Shown piece after piece: positions 56,472 through 64,000 of a DNA stretch of 64,000 bases. The position numbers were made by a program, and so were the translations under genes. Within the stretch, counting starts at the first letter, position 1. Each line of letters starts with the position of its first letter. The stretch is taken from contig CAZYRM010000003.1 of the NCBI GenBank assembly GCA_964649705.1, positions 29,850-93,849 of the forward strand. Direction: 5' to 3'. The notes beneath the pieces are model-generated. The model ran no database searches. It was not told the origin of the DNA and was given only the letters and a program-made list of their open reading frames with translations. The DNA comes from an uncultured Planctomycetia bacterium. Lineage in GTDB: Bacteria > Planctomycetota > MHYJ01 > WSZJ01 > CAZYRM01.

Positions 56472-58973
56472 TCACTTCCGTTCGTACCACTCCCGCCATT
56501 CCGCGACGAACTTCGCGCGCGCCTCCTCCGGGGTCGACGCATCCAGGGGATGAGAGATGTGCGTCAGGGCGCCGAGGGCCTCCGACGCGGCCCCCCAGAG
56601 GGAGGCGTCCTTCCCCCCGGCCAGGAACAGAAGCGCGGGCACGGCCTTCCTGTCCAGCCCTCCGAACTCCTCCATCGCCGACGCGCGACGCGACGGGTCT
56701 TCCGAGGCGACCTCGCGGAGGAGCTCCTTGACCTTCCAGAGGGGCACGCTCTCGACGCGCTGGAGGCCCGCCAGCCCCGCCCGACACAGGTCCCGGACGC
56801 GCGCGGCCTCGTCGCGGACCGCGGCGGGCACGCCGGCCTCGGACACGAGCCGATCGGCCGCCTCCGCACCCTTCGCGAACTGCTTCGCGGCGTGGAGGAG
56901 CTCGACCCTCTTCAATCGCAGGGACCAGTTGAACTCGGTTCCGGCGGCCTCCTGGGCGAGCATCCCGTCCACCAGGGCGAGCGCCTCGGGGTGCCGCTCG
57001 AGCTCCGAGAGCGCCTGCACGTAGCGCAGCTTCGCCTCGGGGAGCGCCTTGGCCTTCTCCGCGCCCTCCTTGAGGAACGGGAGGGCGTCCGCGCGGCGCC
57101 CGGCGCCCAGCAAGGCGATGCCGAGCAGCTCGCGGGCGACCGCCGCGCGCTCGGGGGAGTCCTTCTCGAACGCGGCGTCGTGCGCCGCCGGGTCGAGCAC
57201 CTCCACCGCGCGGGCCCAGTCCTGCGCCTCCACGAGCCGCGCTCCGACCGCGACCGCGCGCGCCCGATCGGCGCCGACGATCATGAGGATCCCCTTCCAG
57301 GCGTCGACCGCCACCGCGGGGTCCCCGGGGAGCGCGCCCAGCAGGTCAGGGATCGAGGACGGGTCCGCGATCTGGCCGAGCGCAAGCGCCGCCGCGGAAC
57401 GCTCCTTCGCGTCGCTCTTCGCCGCCGTGAGCACGCCCGAGAGGAACAGGGCCTCCACCTTGCCTCCGGCGGCCCCCAAACCCTGGATCGCCTTCACGCG
57501 CACGTCGAGGAAGGGGTCCTCGACGAGATCGCGCAACACGGAGAGGCCGCCCGGCGCCCGGATCTTCGCAAGGCTGTTGGCGATCGACCAGCGGAGCGGA
57601 CGCGCCTCCGGTCCCTTCGCCTCGCGCAGAAGCCCCGTGAGGTACGGAACGGTCTCCGACGCGCCACTCTCCCCCATCGCGTCGACGACCGCCTTCCGCA
57701 GGTCGGGGTCGTCGTTCGTCTTCGGAAGGAAGTTGATCAGCTCGGTCACCCCCTGCGGCGAGGACATCCTCCCGAGCGCCTCCACCGCGGCCACCCGCAC
57801 GGTGCGGTCGGCGTCCTCGAGGGCGGGACGGATCGGCTTGACGGCGAGCTCCGCCGGGAGCCGCGCCAGCCCGTGGATCGCGGCGATGCGCACGCGCGAG
57901 GACGGGCCGCCCGTCGCGGCCGCGGCGAGCACCGCCGCCGCCTCGCGCTGGGCCTGCGGGGCGGCCTGCGCCTGGCCGGCGACCTCGCCCACCGCCTCGA
58001 GCGCCGCGGAGCGCGCCTCGCCGTCCGGGTCCTGCGCCGCGAGCGCGAGGAGCGGCGTGAGCGCCTTCTCGCGCTGGGCCTCGGGGAGCCTTGCCGCCTC
58101 GGTCGCGCCGAACGCGCGGACCTGCGGCGCGAGCTTGTACTCCAGCGCCTCCTGGACCAGCGCCAGCCGCGCCTCGGGCTTGTCCTCGGGGACCTGCGCC
58201 AGCTTGAGCGTGAGCAGCTCGATCTTCGTCCTTGCCAGCTCCGCGCCGACGTCGCTCTGCGGGTCGGCCTGCGCGTCCTGCAGGGCCTCCTCCTGCCACT
58301 GCTCGCGCGTCTGTGTCCGGGCCGTCTCCCACCACGCGTTCCACGCCCCGGCGTTCGGGAAGGCGTGCCCCGTCACCAGGAACAGGGCCGCGTTGACGCG
58401 GTCGAGGACCACGGGCTCGGTGATTTCGAGGAGCTTGAAGAGGGGCTCGACCGACTTGCGGTGGCGCGTGCGGCCGAGGGCCTCCGCGAGGCGCGCCGTC
58501 TCGGGGGCCCCGAGGTCCGGCCTCCCGAGCGACTCGATCACCGCGTCCGCGACCTTCTCCCGATCGAAGCTCTCCAGGCAGACGAAGGTCGCATCGACGA
58601 TCCCGTCCGTCGTCCCTCGGAGCCGCTGGACGACCATCGGGAGGAGCCTGACGTCCTTCGTGGCGCCGATCACCTTGAGCAGATCGATGATGGCCGGCTC
58701 CTTGCCGCGGAGGAGGACCTCCTCGATCGCCTGTCTCGCCTCCTCGGTGCGCATCTCGATGAGGCGTCCCGCGGCCGCGGAGCGGATCACGGCGTCCTCG
58801 GAGTCGAGCTGTTCGCGAAGCTCGGCGACGGTCCCGTTGGCGGAGGGCGGGTGGTCGTCGGGGGTGCCCTGCGCCTGCAACCTCGTGCCCCCCGTGTCCG
58901 CGGTGCACGCGGAGCACGCGAGGAGCGCCGACGCGACGAGGAAGGCGCACGCATTCCGACGGTGGATCGGCAT
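56472..58973 (-). CDS. HEAT/TPR-repeat lipoprotein
   Basis: Lipobox LLACSAC after N-terminal signal; repeated Ala/Leu-rich HEAT-like units; ends 3 bp before HD-GYP start. Confidence 0.65.
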   Translation of the reverse strand: MPIHRRNACAFLVASALLACSACTADTGGTRLQAQGTPDDHPPSANGTVAELREQLDSEDAVIRSAAAGRLIEMRTEEARQAIEEVLLRGKEPAIIDLLKVIGATKDVRLLPMVVQRLRGTTDGIVDATFVCLESFDREKVADAVIESLGRPDLGAPETARLAEALGRTRHRKSVEPLFKLLEITEPVVLDRVNAALFLVTGHAFPNAGAWNAWWETARTQTREQWQEEALQDAQADPQSDVGAELARTKIELLTLKLAQVPEDKPEARLALVQEALEYKLAPQVRAFGATEAARLPEAQREKALTPLLALAAQDPDGEARSAALEAVGEVAGQAQAAPQAQREAAAVLAAAATGGPSSRVRIAAIHGLARLPAELAVKPIRPALEDADRTVRVAAVEALGRMSSPQGVTELINFLPKTNDDPDLRKAVVDAMGESGASETVPYLTGLLREAKGPEARPLRWSIANSLAKIRAPGGLSVLRDLVEDPFLDVRVKAIQGLGAAGGKVEALFLSGVLTAAKSDAKERSAAALALGQIADPSSIPDLLGALPGDPAVAVDAWKGILMIVGADRARAVAVGARLVEAQDWARAVEVLDPAAHDAAFEKDSPERAAVARELLGIALLGAGRRADALPFLKEGAEKAKALPEAKLRYVQALSELERHPEALALVDGMLAQEAAGTEFNWSLRLKRVELLHAAKQFAKGAEAADRLVSEAGVPAAVRDEAARVRDLCRAGLAGLQRVESVPLWKVKELLREVASEDPSRRASAMEEFGGLDRKAVPALLFLAGGKDASLWGAASEALGALTHISHPLDASTPEEARAKFVAEWREWYERK

Positions 58974-59146
58974 CGGGACCCCTGCTTCCACGGACTGACC
59001 CCCGCAAGAAGATACCCTTGCCCGGTACCAAGGTCAATGATGGAGGTCGGCGCGCGGCCGCGCTCACGTGCGCCCGGAAAATGGCTTGACTGGTCTTTTC
59101 GCCGTGCTAGCATGAATCGTCGCACTCGTCTCCGGGAGGCCTCGCC

Positions 59147-59647
59147 ATGTGGGTCATCGCCAAGTACATCAAGTACATCGTCCTCTTCGGCCTCCTCTGG
59201 GTCGCGCTCGTCACCTACCGCACGTTCTCCTGCCACAAGATGTACCACGACATGATGCAACCCGCGATCAAGCAGGAGGACTTCAAGCCCGTCTACGCCG
59301 GCGTGCGGACGATGGACAAGATCAACAAGGAGGACATCGTCGTCTTCCAGTACCTGGTCAGCGGGCGACAGGAGTCCCCCTTCTTCTGCGGGCGGATCGT
59401 CGCGAAAGAGGGCGACCGGGTGGCGATCGAGGCGGGGCGCGTGAAGGTGAACGGCCAGGACCAGAACGAGGCCTACGTCCCGGCGGACGCCTTCATCGGC
59501 ACCGAGAACTTCGTCGAAATCATCGTCCCCAGGGGTCACTACTTCATCCTCGGGGACAACCGGAAGACCAGCCGTCTCAAGGACAGCCGTTCCTTCGGAC
59601 CGATCCCGATGGAGGCTGTCGTCGGGAAGGTGGGGGATTTCTGGTAG
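59147..59647 (+). CDS. lepB: Signal peptidase I (S26)
   Basis: N-terminal TM, GDNRKTSRLKDSRSFGPIP (box E) and catalytic Lys region. Confidence 0.8.
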   Translation: MWVIAKYIKYIVLFGLLWVALVTYRTFSCHKMYHDMMQPAIKQEDFKPVYAGVRTMDKINKEDIVVFQYLVSGRQESPFFCGRIVAKEGDRVAIEAGRVKVNGQDQNEAYVPADAFIGTENFVEIIVPRGHYFILGDNRKTSRLKDSRSFGPIPMEAVVGKVGDFW

Positions 59648-59664
59648 CCGCGAAGGAGTGACCC

Positions 59665-61275
59665 ATGTCCGCGCGTGTCCCCAAGCGGGATGCCCCTCCG
59701 CCCGGAAAGCCGCCCGGCGCGGGTCCCGTGAAGTCCGGCGGCGCAGGCGGCGCCGACGGTCTGGCCAAGAAGCCCCCGCAGCACTACAAGGTCGGGAAGT
59801 GGATCTTCACGCCGCTCTCGATCGCGGAGTTCTGCGGCGTCCTCGTGCTCGGGATCATGGGCGTCAGCTTCACCGTCTCCGCCTACCGCGACTTCAAGCT
59901 GAAGTACAACTTCGACAAGGCGCTCGTCTTCTACGCCTCCAACCAGGCGGGGAATGCGACCGACCGCCTGACGGGCGCGATCAGCGCCCGCACCATGGAA
60001 GACTGGCCCTACCCGTACCTCCTGCAGGCCAAGGTCAACGTCAACGAGGGGAAGCTCGAGGAGGCCCAGGCGGGCTTCGAGAAGCTGGCCACGGTCAAGG
60101 TGGGCGAGAAGAACTGGACGAGGGCGCACCAGGCGAGCACGAAGGTCGGCCTCGGGTGCATCGCGCTCCGTCGGTACGATGACGCGCTGGAGAAGCAGAA
60201 GCCCCAGCCCAAGCTCCTCGACGAGGCCAAGGCCGCCTTCAAGGAGGCCCAATCGATCGACGAGAAGTGCCTCGAGGCGGGCATCGGCCTCGCGCACGTG
60301 GCGCTGCGCGCCGGATGGGACCCGGCGCTAGGGGCGATCAACCAGGACGCCTGCAACCTTGCGCAGGCCGAGCTGAAGAAGGTCGACGCGGCGGGGCTCA
60401 CGCCCACGATCGACGGCCTTGTCGACAAGTACATGGCGCAGGGCCGCATCGCCTACGAGCGGCAGGACTACAGCGGCGCCGAGCTGGAGTTCCGCCGCGC
60501 GTTCCAGCTCCAGCCGGGCTGGAAGGCGCCGTTTGCGAACGTCGCGTTCATGATGTCGCGCTACTTCAGCGTGTCGGGGGTCGCCCGACTGGACGAGATG
60601 GCCGCGAAGCAGCAGGAGTTCGACGAGTTCGTGCAGCGCCTGGAGTCGCTCTACAACTCGGACACGGAGCGCTACGCGGTGTTCAAGGAGGCGATGTTCT
60701 CCTTCTTCAACTCCATGGGCTACGCCTTCTGCAAGGGCTTCCGGCACGAGGTCGGCTTCACCTACCTCGACCGCGCGGGGGCCATCGACAACGTCAGGCC
60801 GACGATCGCGATCAACAAGGCGGACCTCTTCCTCTTCTATGCGGACTCGAACAAGTACCAGGAGCAGGAGCAGCTCCAGCACGCGAACAACGCCCGCGAG
60901 CAGTGGCTCCGCGCCGCCGAGCAGTGCCGCTCGACGCAGCAGCCCCGGAAGAGGATGCTGTGCCTCTACAACCGCGCCATCATCCTCTACAACAAGAACC
61001 CGAAGGAGATGACGTACCTCGAGAACGCCTGGAACGACCTGAAGGACCTCGCGCGGGAGTTCCCGGGCGAGCCGCTCATCCTGAGGGCCCAGGCCGCCCT
61101 CGCGAGGCGCAAGGGGGAGATCTCCGACGCGGCCAGGCTCCTCGCCGAGGCGCGGGCCGCGTGGGAGAAGATGCCCGAGTCGGACGAGAAGAGGGTGATG
61201 AAAGAGGACTTCGACAAGTTTGAGGAAGACCTCAAGAAGGGCAAGATCGACGACGAGCCGCCCCCCGGGAAGTAG
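59665..61275 (+). CDS. Membrane-anchored TPR-like protein
   Basis: One TM helix (WIFTPLSIAEFCGVLVLGIMGV) then helical-repeat region. Confidence 0.5.
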   Translation: MSARVPKRDAPPPGKPPGAGPVKSGGAGGADGLAKKPPQHYKVGKWIFTPLSIAEFCGVLVLGIMGVSFTVSAYRDFKLKYNFDKALVFYASNQAGNATDRLTGAISARTMEDWPYPYLLQAKVNVNEGKLEEAQAGFEKLATVKVGEKNWTRAHQASTKVGLGCIALRRYDDALEKQKPQPKLLDEAKAAFKEAQSIDEKCLEAGIGLAHVALRAGWDPALGAINQDACNLAQAELKKVDAAGLTPTIDGLVDKYMAQGRIAYERQDYSGAELEFRRAFQLQPGWKAPFANVAFMMSRYFSVSGVARLDEMAAKQQEFDEFVQRLESLYNSDTERYAVFKEAMFSFFNSMGYAFCKGFRHEVGFTYLDRAGAIDNVRPTIAINKADLFLFYADSNKYQEQEQLQHANNAREQWLRAAEQCRSTQQPRKRMLCLYNRAIILYNKNPKEMTYLENAWNDLKDLAREFPGEPLILRAQAALARRKGEISDAARLLAEARAAWEKMPESDEKRVMKEDFDKFEEDLKKGKIDDEPPPGK

Positions 61276-61292
61276 GACGCAGGAGCCCCACG

Positions 61293-61616
61293 ATGCGTTG
61301 CAAGGCGTGCAGCTACGAGAACGAAGAGACCGTCGAATACTGCGCCCGCTGCGGGACCCACGTCGTCTACCAGCGCGACGAGGTCCAGAGCGTCCTCAAG
61401 GTCAAGCTCGAGACGCAGATGGCGGACGACCTCGAGGAGCAGATGAGGAACTTCCTCGTCATGGCGGGCGCGCTGCTCCTGGGGGCGATCACGTTCAAGA
61501 TCTTCTTCAGCGGCTGGGCGACCTGCTTCGTGATGCCCTCGTCGAGCCAGAGCGCCCAGTACGCGACGGTGAACTACGTGTTCGAGGCGCCGATCACGCC
61601 GATCCGCCCGAAGTAG
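61293..61616 (+). CDS. Small zinc-ribbon membrane protein
   Basis: CxxC...CxxC (CKACSYENEETVEYCARCG) then TM helix. Confidence 0.45.
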   Translation: MRCKACSYENEETVEYCARCGTHVVYQRDEVQSVLKVKLETQMADDLEEQMRNFLVMAGALLLGAITFKIFFSGWATCFVMPSSSQSAQYATVNYVFEAPITPIRPK

Positions 61617-62376
61617 CGAGGGTCGACCGGCTCGTCCCCCTCACCCCCTCCGCCCAGCGCGAGAGCGGCCACCCCTGGGGACCGCTCCAGCTCCGCTCGA
61701 CACGGAAGCCCTCCTCCGCCAGGAGGCGCTCCAGGCCGGACGGCGCGAAGTCGTGCAGGTGCCACGGGGCGTGGTAGAGGCCGTCCGCGGCGCCGAAGGG
61801 GCGCAGGAGGCGGACGAGCGGCGTGGTGTCCGGCACGCGGAGGAGGAGCCTCCCGCCGGGGACGAGGGCGCGCCTCGCGGCGCCGAGAAACGCCCTCGGG
61901 TCGGGGACGTGTTCGAGGACGTAGAGGGCGACCACGGCGTCGAACGAGGCGCTCGGGGCGTCATCGAGGGTCCCGTGCCGCGCCACGCCCGAGGACGCCA
62001 CGTCGAGGCCCTCGGCGCGCCAGCCTCGCCGCCGCGCCGCGGAGAGGAGGTGGCCGAAGCCGCTTCCGACCTCGAGAAGCCTCCCGGGCGGCCCCAGGGC
62101 GTCGAGGGCGTCGTCGACGACGGGGGCGTACCGCGCGCGCCAGGCCTCCTCGTCGCGCGGCAGGTACCCCTCGTACGCCGCGAGCAGGGCGTCGGCGGAG
62201 GGGCGCGGCGAGAGATAGACGTGCGCGCACGCGACGCAACGGACGTAGCGCCAGCCGCCGTCGGCGTGGACGAGCGAGCGGCGCGGGTCGGCGCAGAGCG
62301 GGCAGGAGACGCTGTCGGTGGCGTCGCGCGACGCGTCCCAGCGATGCGCCCGGCCCGGGCGGAGGCGCCCGATCAC
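61594..62376 (-). CDS. Class I SAM-dependent methyltransferase
   Basis: Motif I LLEVGSGFGHL, motif post-I/II (DAVVALYVLEHV); GTG start forms GTGA overlap with ACP stop (alternative ATG 62418). Confidence 0.65.
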   Translation of the reverse strand: MIGRLRPGRAHRWDASRDATDSVSCPLCADPRRSLVHADGGWRYVRCVACAHVYLSPRPSADALLAAYEGYLPRDEEAWRARYAPVVDDALDALGPPGRLLEVGSGFGHLLSAARRRGWRAEGLDVASSGVARHGTLDDAPSASFDAVVALYVLEHVPDPRAFLGAARRALVPGGRLLLRVPDTTPLVRLLRPFGAADGLYHAPWHLHDFAPSGLERLLAEEGFRVERSWSGPQGWPLSRWAEGVRGTSRSTLATSGGSA

Positions 62377-62657
62377 CGCTCCTCCTTCGCTGGAGCTTCG
62401 GAGGACAGGTCGACCCATCCGCTCGCGACGACGAACCGCGCGATCGACGAGACGTCGCTGAGGACCTGCTGGGCCCTGTCGCCGGGGACGACCGCGCCGT
62501 ACTGCTTCTCGAGGTGGACGCAGACCTCGAGCGCGTCGATCGAGTCGAGCCCGAGGCCGCCGTTGAAGAGCGGAAGGTCGTCGGCGATCGACTCGGGCGC
62601 GCGGTCCATCCGGAGGACGCGGACGATCAGCTCCTTGAGGCGGTCTTCGAGGCGCAT
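62373..62657 (-). CDS. Acyl carrier protein
   Basis: Phosphopantetheine site LGLDSIDALE. Confidence 0.75.
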   Translation of the reverse strand: MRLEDRLKELIVRVLRMDRAPESIADDLPLFNGGLGLDSIDALEVCVHLEKQYGAVVPGDRAQQVLSDVSSIARFVVASGWVDLSSEAPAKEER

Positions 62658-62663
62658 CGGCTG

Positions 62664-63893
62664 CTACTTCCCGTCCTTCGCCTTCTTCTCGTCCCTCTGC
62701 CTCTTCTCGAGCTCGAGCTGACGGATGACGAGCTCGGCGAGGTCGGCGGACTCGCGGTCGGTGACGGCCTTACCGCGGACGGCGAGGAGCCGCGCGAGGG
62801 CCGCCTCCCTCCAGGCCTCGTCGAACCGCTCTTGCCGGGCCAGGACGATGGCCCGGATGGAGCGGCAGGCGGCGTCGCCGGCCTCCACCTCGTCGGCGGC
62901 GTACTTCCCTTCGCACCGGCGGAACTGCTGGAGGAGGGAGATGCCGCGGGTGGCGAGGTGGAAGGCCTCGTCGAGCTCGCCGGCCTTGAGCGCGCACATC
63001 GCGAGCGGCTCGATCGTTACGGCCGCGGGGAGATAGTCGTCGGCCTGCTTGTGGGCGGTCGGCTCGTCGATGACGAGCGCGTCGTGGTCGTCGAACTTGA
63101 AGGCGCCCTCGTCGCAGCGGATCTGGACGGCCTTCCGGAGCGGGCCGAGGGCCTCGCGCAGGCGGTCCTCCTCCATGTGGAAGAGGCCGAGGACGGACCA
63201 AAGGAAGGCCCTGTCACCGCCGGCGGTCTGCTTGTCGATGAGCGCCTGGAGCCACGCGGCGCCGACGCCGGCCCCTTCGTAGCGGGACATGCAGTGGGCC
63301 CGGGCGCCCAGGGCGCCGATCCCGCCGGTCGCGATGGCCTCGTCATAGGCGGCGAGGGCGGCCGGATACTCCCCCATCGCCTCGCGACACTCGGCGATGG
63401 CCATCCAGCACGCCTCTGGGTCCGCGCCTGCCTTGATCGCGTCCTGGTAGGCGGCCGCGGCCTCGGCGTACTTCGCCTCGGTGCGGAGGCGGTCGGCGAG
63501 GGCGAGGCACTCCTGCTCCAGGAGCGCCGGGTTGCTCCAGATGCCCGCGCGGGCTTTGCGCGCCGCGTCTTCGGCCTTCCGGGCGCCGTCGAGGAACGCC
63601 TCGTAGTCCCTCTTCGCCACCAGCGGCTGCGCGTCGGGCGCCTCGGGGTTCTCGCCGAGCGGGATCCCCATGGTCCCCGCGGGGCAGCACCCCTTCGAGA
63701 TCATCTCGATCGCCAGGTTGGCGTCGCCGTCGACAAGCCAGACCCAGGTCTGAACGGTGTGCGGGCTATCCTTGTCGACGACCTCGAACGACCAGACGGG
63801 CACGGCGCGGGCCGACGGGTGGGCTTCGTTCCAGGCCTTGACGACCGCAGGGAGGTCCTCCGAGAGCGTCGCGCGGCGGTATCCGCATCCCAT
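62664..63893 (-). CDS. Thermonuclease (SNase)-like domain fused to TPR repeats
   Basis: SNase C-terminal signature ...AEDAARKARAGIWS; downstream TPR-like Ala-rich repeats. Confidence 0.55.
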   Translation of the reverse strand: MGCGYRRATLSEDLPAVVKAWNEAHPSARAVPVWSFEVVDKDSPHTVQTWVWLVDGDANLAIEMISKGCCPAGTMGIPLGENPEAPDAQPLVAKRDYEAFLDGARKAEDAARKARAGIWSNPALLEQECLALADRLRTEAKYAEAAAAYQDAIKAGADPEACWMAIAECREAMGEYPAALAAYDEAIATGGIGALGARAHCMSRYEGAGVGAAWLQALIDKQTAGGDRAFLWSVLGLFHMEEDRLREALGPLRKAVQIRCDEGAFKFDDHDALVIDEPTAHKQADDYLPAAVTIEPLAMCALKAGELDEAFHLATRGISLLQQFRRCEGKYAADEVEAGDAACRSIRAIVLARQERFDEAWREAALARLLAVRGKAVTDRESADLAELVIRQLELEKRQRDEKKAKDGK

Positions 63894-64000
63894 CAGGCAG
63901 TAGAGTGTCTTCGGATCGGACTCGCGACCGCCGAAGAGGCCTCTCCAGCGCAGGTCGGAGGCGGGAAACCCGGCGGGCTCCTCGGCGAAGGCGGCGGCGG

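Overview
This is a GC-rich (~68%) bacterial chromosomal segment, probably Planctomycetota- or Myxococcota-like, though that is only a guess from gene content. Both strands are densely coded. No rRNA, tRNA or CRISPR array was found.

Housekeeping and envelope genes:
- mlaE-mlaF-mlaD plus a second MCE-domain gene, followed by valS and a VanZ-like gene.
- An aminotransferase, pfkA, an FAD-dependent oxidoreductase, an aldo/keto reductase, and the ADP-heptose genes hldE and gmhA.
- serS, an M16 peptidase with an ABC exporter, an S41 protease, comF, yraN, lepB, an acyl carrier protein and a SAM-dependent methyltransferase.

Accessory content:
- An operon of secreted HEAT/TPR proteins with an MIT-AAA ATPase and a TPM-domain protein.
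- A large GGDEF-ATPase-HEAT protein and an HD-GYP phosphodiesterase.
- A P-loop ATPase fused to pentapeptide repeats, next to a UPF0175/DUF3368 toxin-antitoxin pair.
- A giant Ser/Thr kinase with WD40 repeats.

Most notable observations:
1. A secreted thioredoxin-fold protein with two PDZ domains whose active site is encoded as two in-frame TGA codons (U-V-P-U, i.e. the CGPCK motif with both Cys replaced by Sec). A SECIS-like hairpin sits 26 and 35 nt downstream of the two codons. This is a candidate diselenide (SelL-like) selenoprotein. The adjacent secreted Gly/Tyr/His-rich ORF also carries an in-frame TGA.
2. A family of AT-rich palindromic 'GATATCTGATATG' elements, at least six copies, scattered in this GC-rich DNA. 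Two copies flank a four-helix-bundle gene (PF05635/TIGR02436-like) as terminal inverted repeats, forming a small cassette.
3. The 3' end of gmhA is present three times, as the intact gene plus two decayed fragments. Each copy is immediately followed by one of the AT-rich elements. Together they delimit two tandem insertions: an ~8.4 kb lower-GC island carrying an EEP nuclease and the kinase-WD40 gene, and a 1.6 kb cassette with one secreted protein.

Many Arg-rich ORFs in the six-frame track are off-frame GC artefacts and were ignored.
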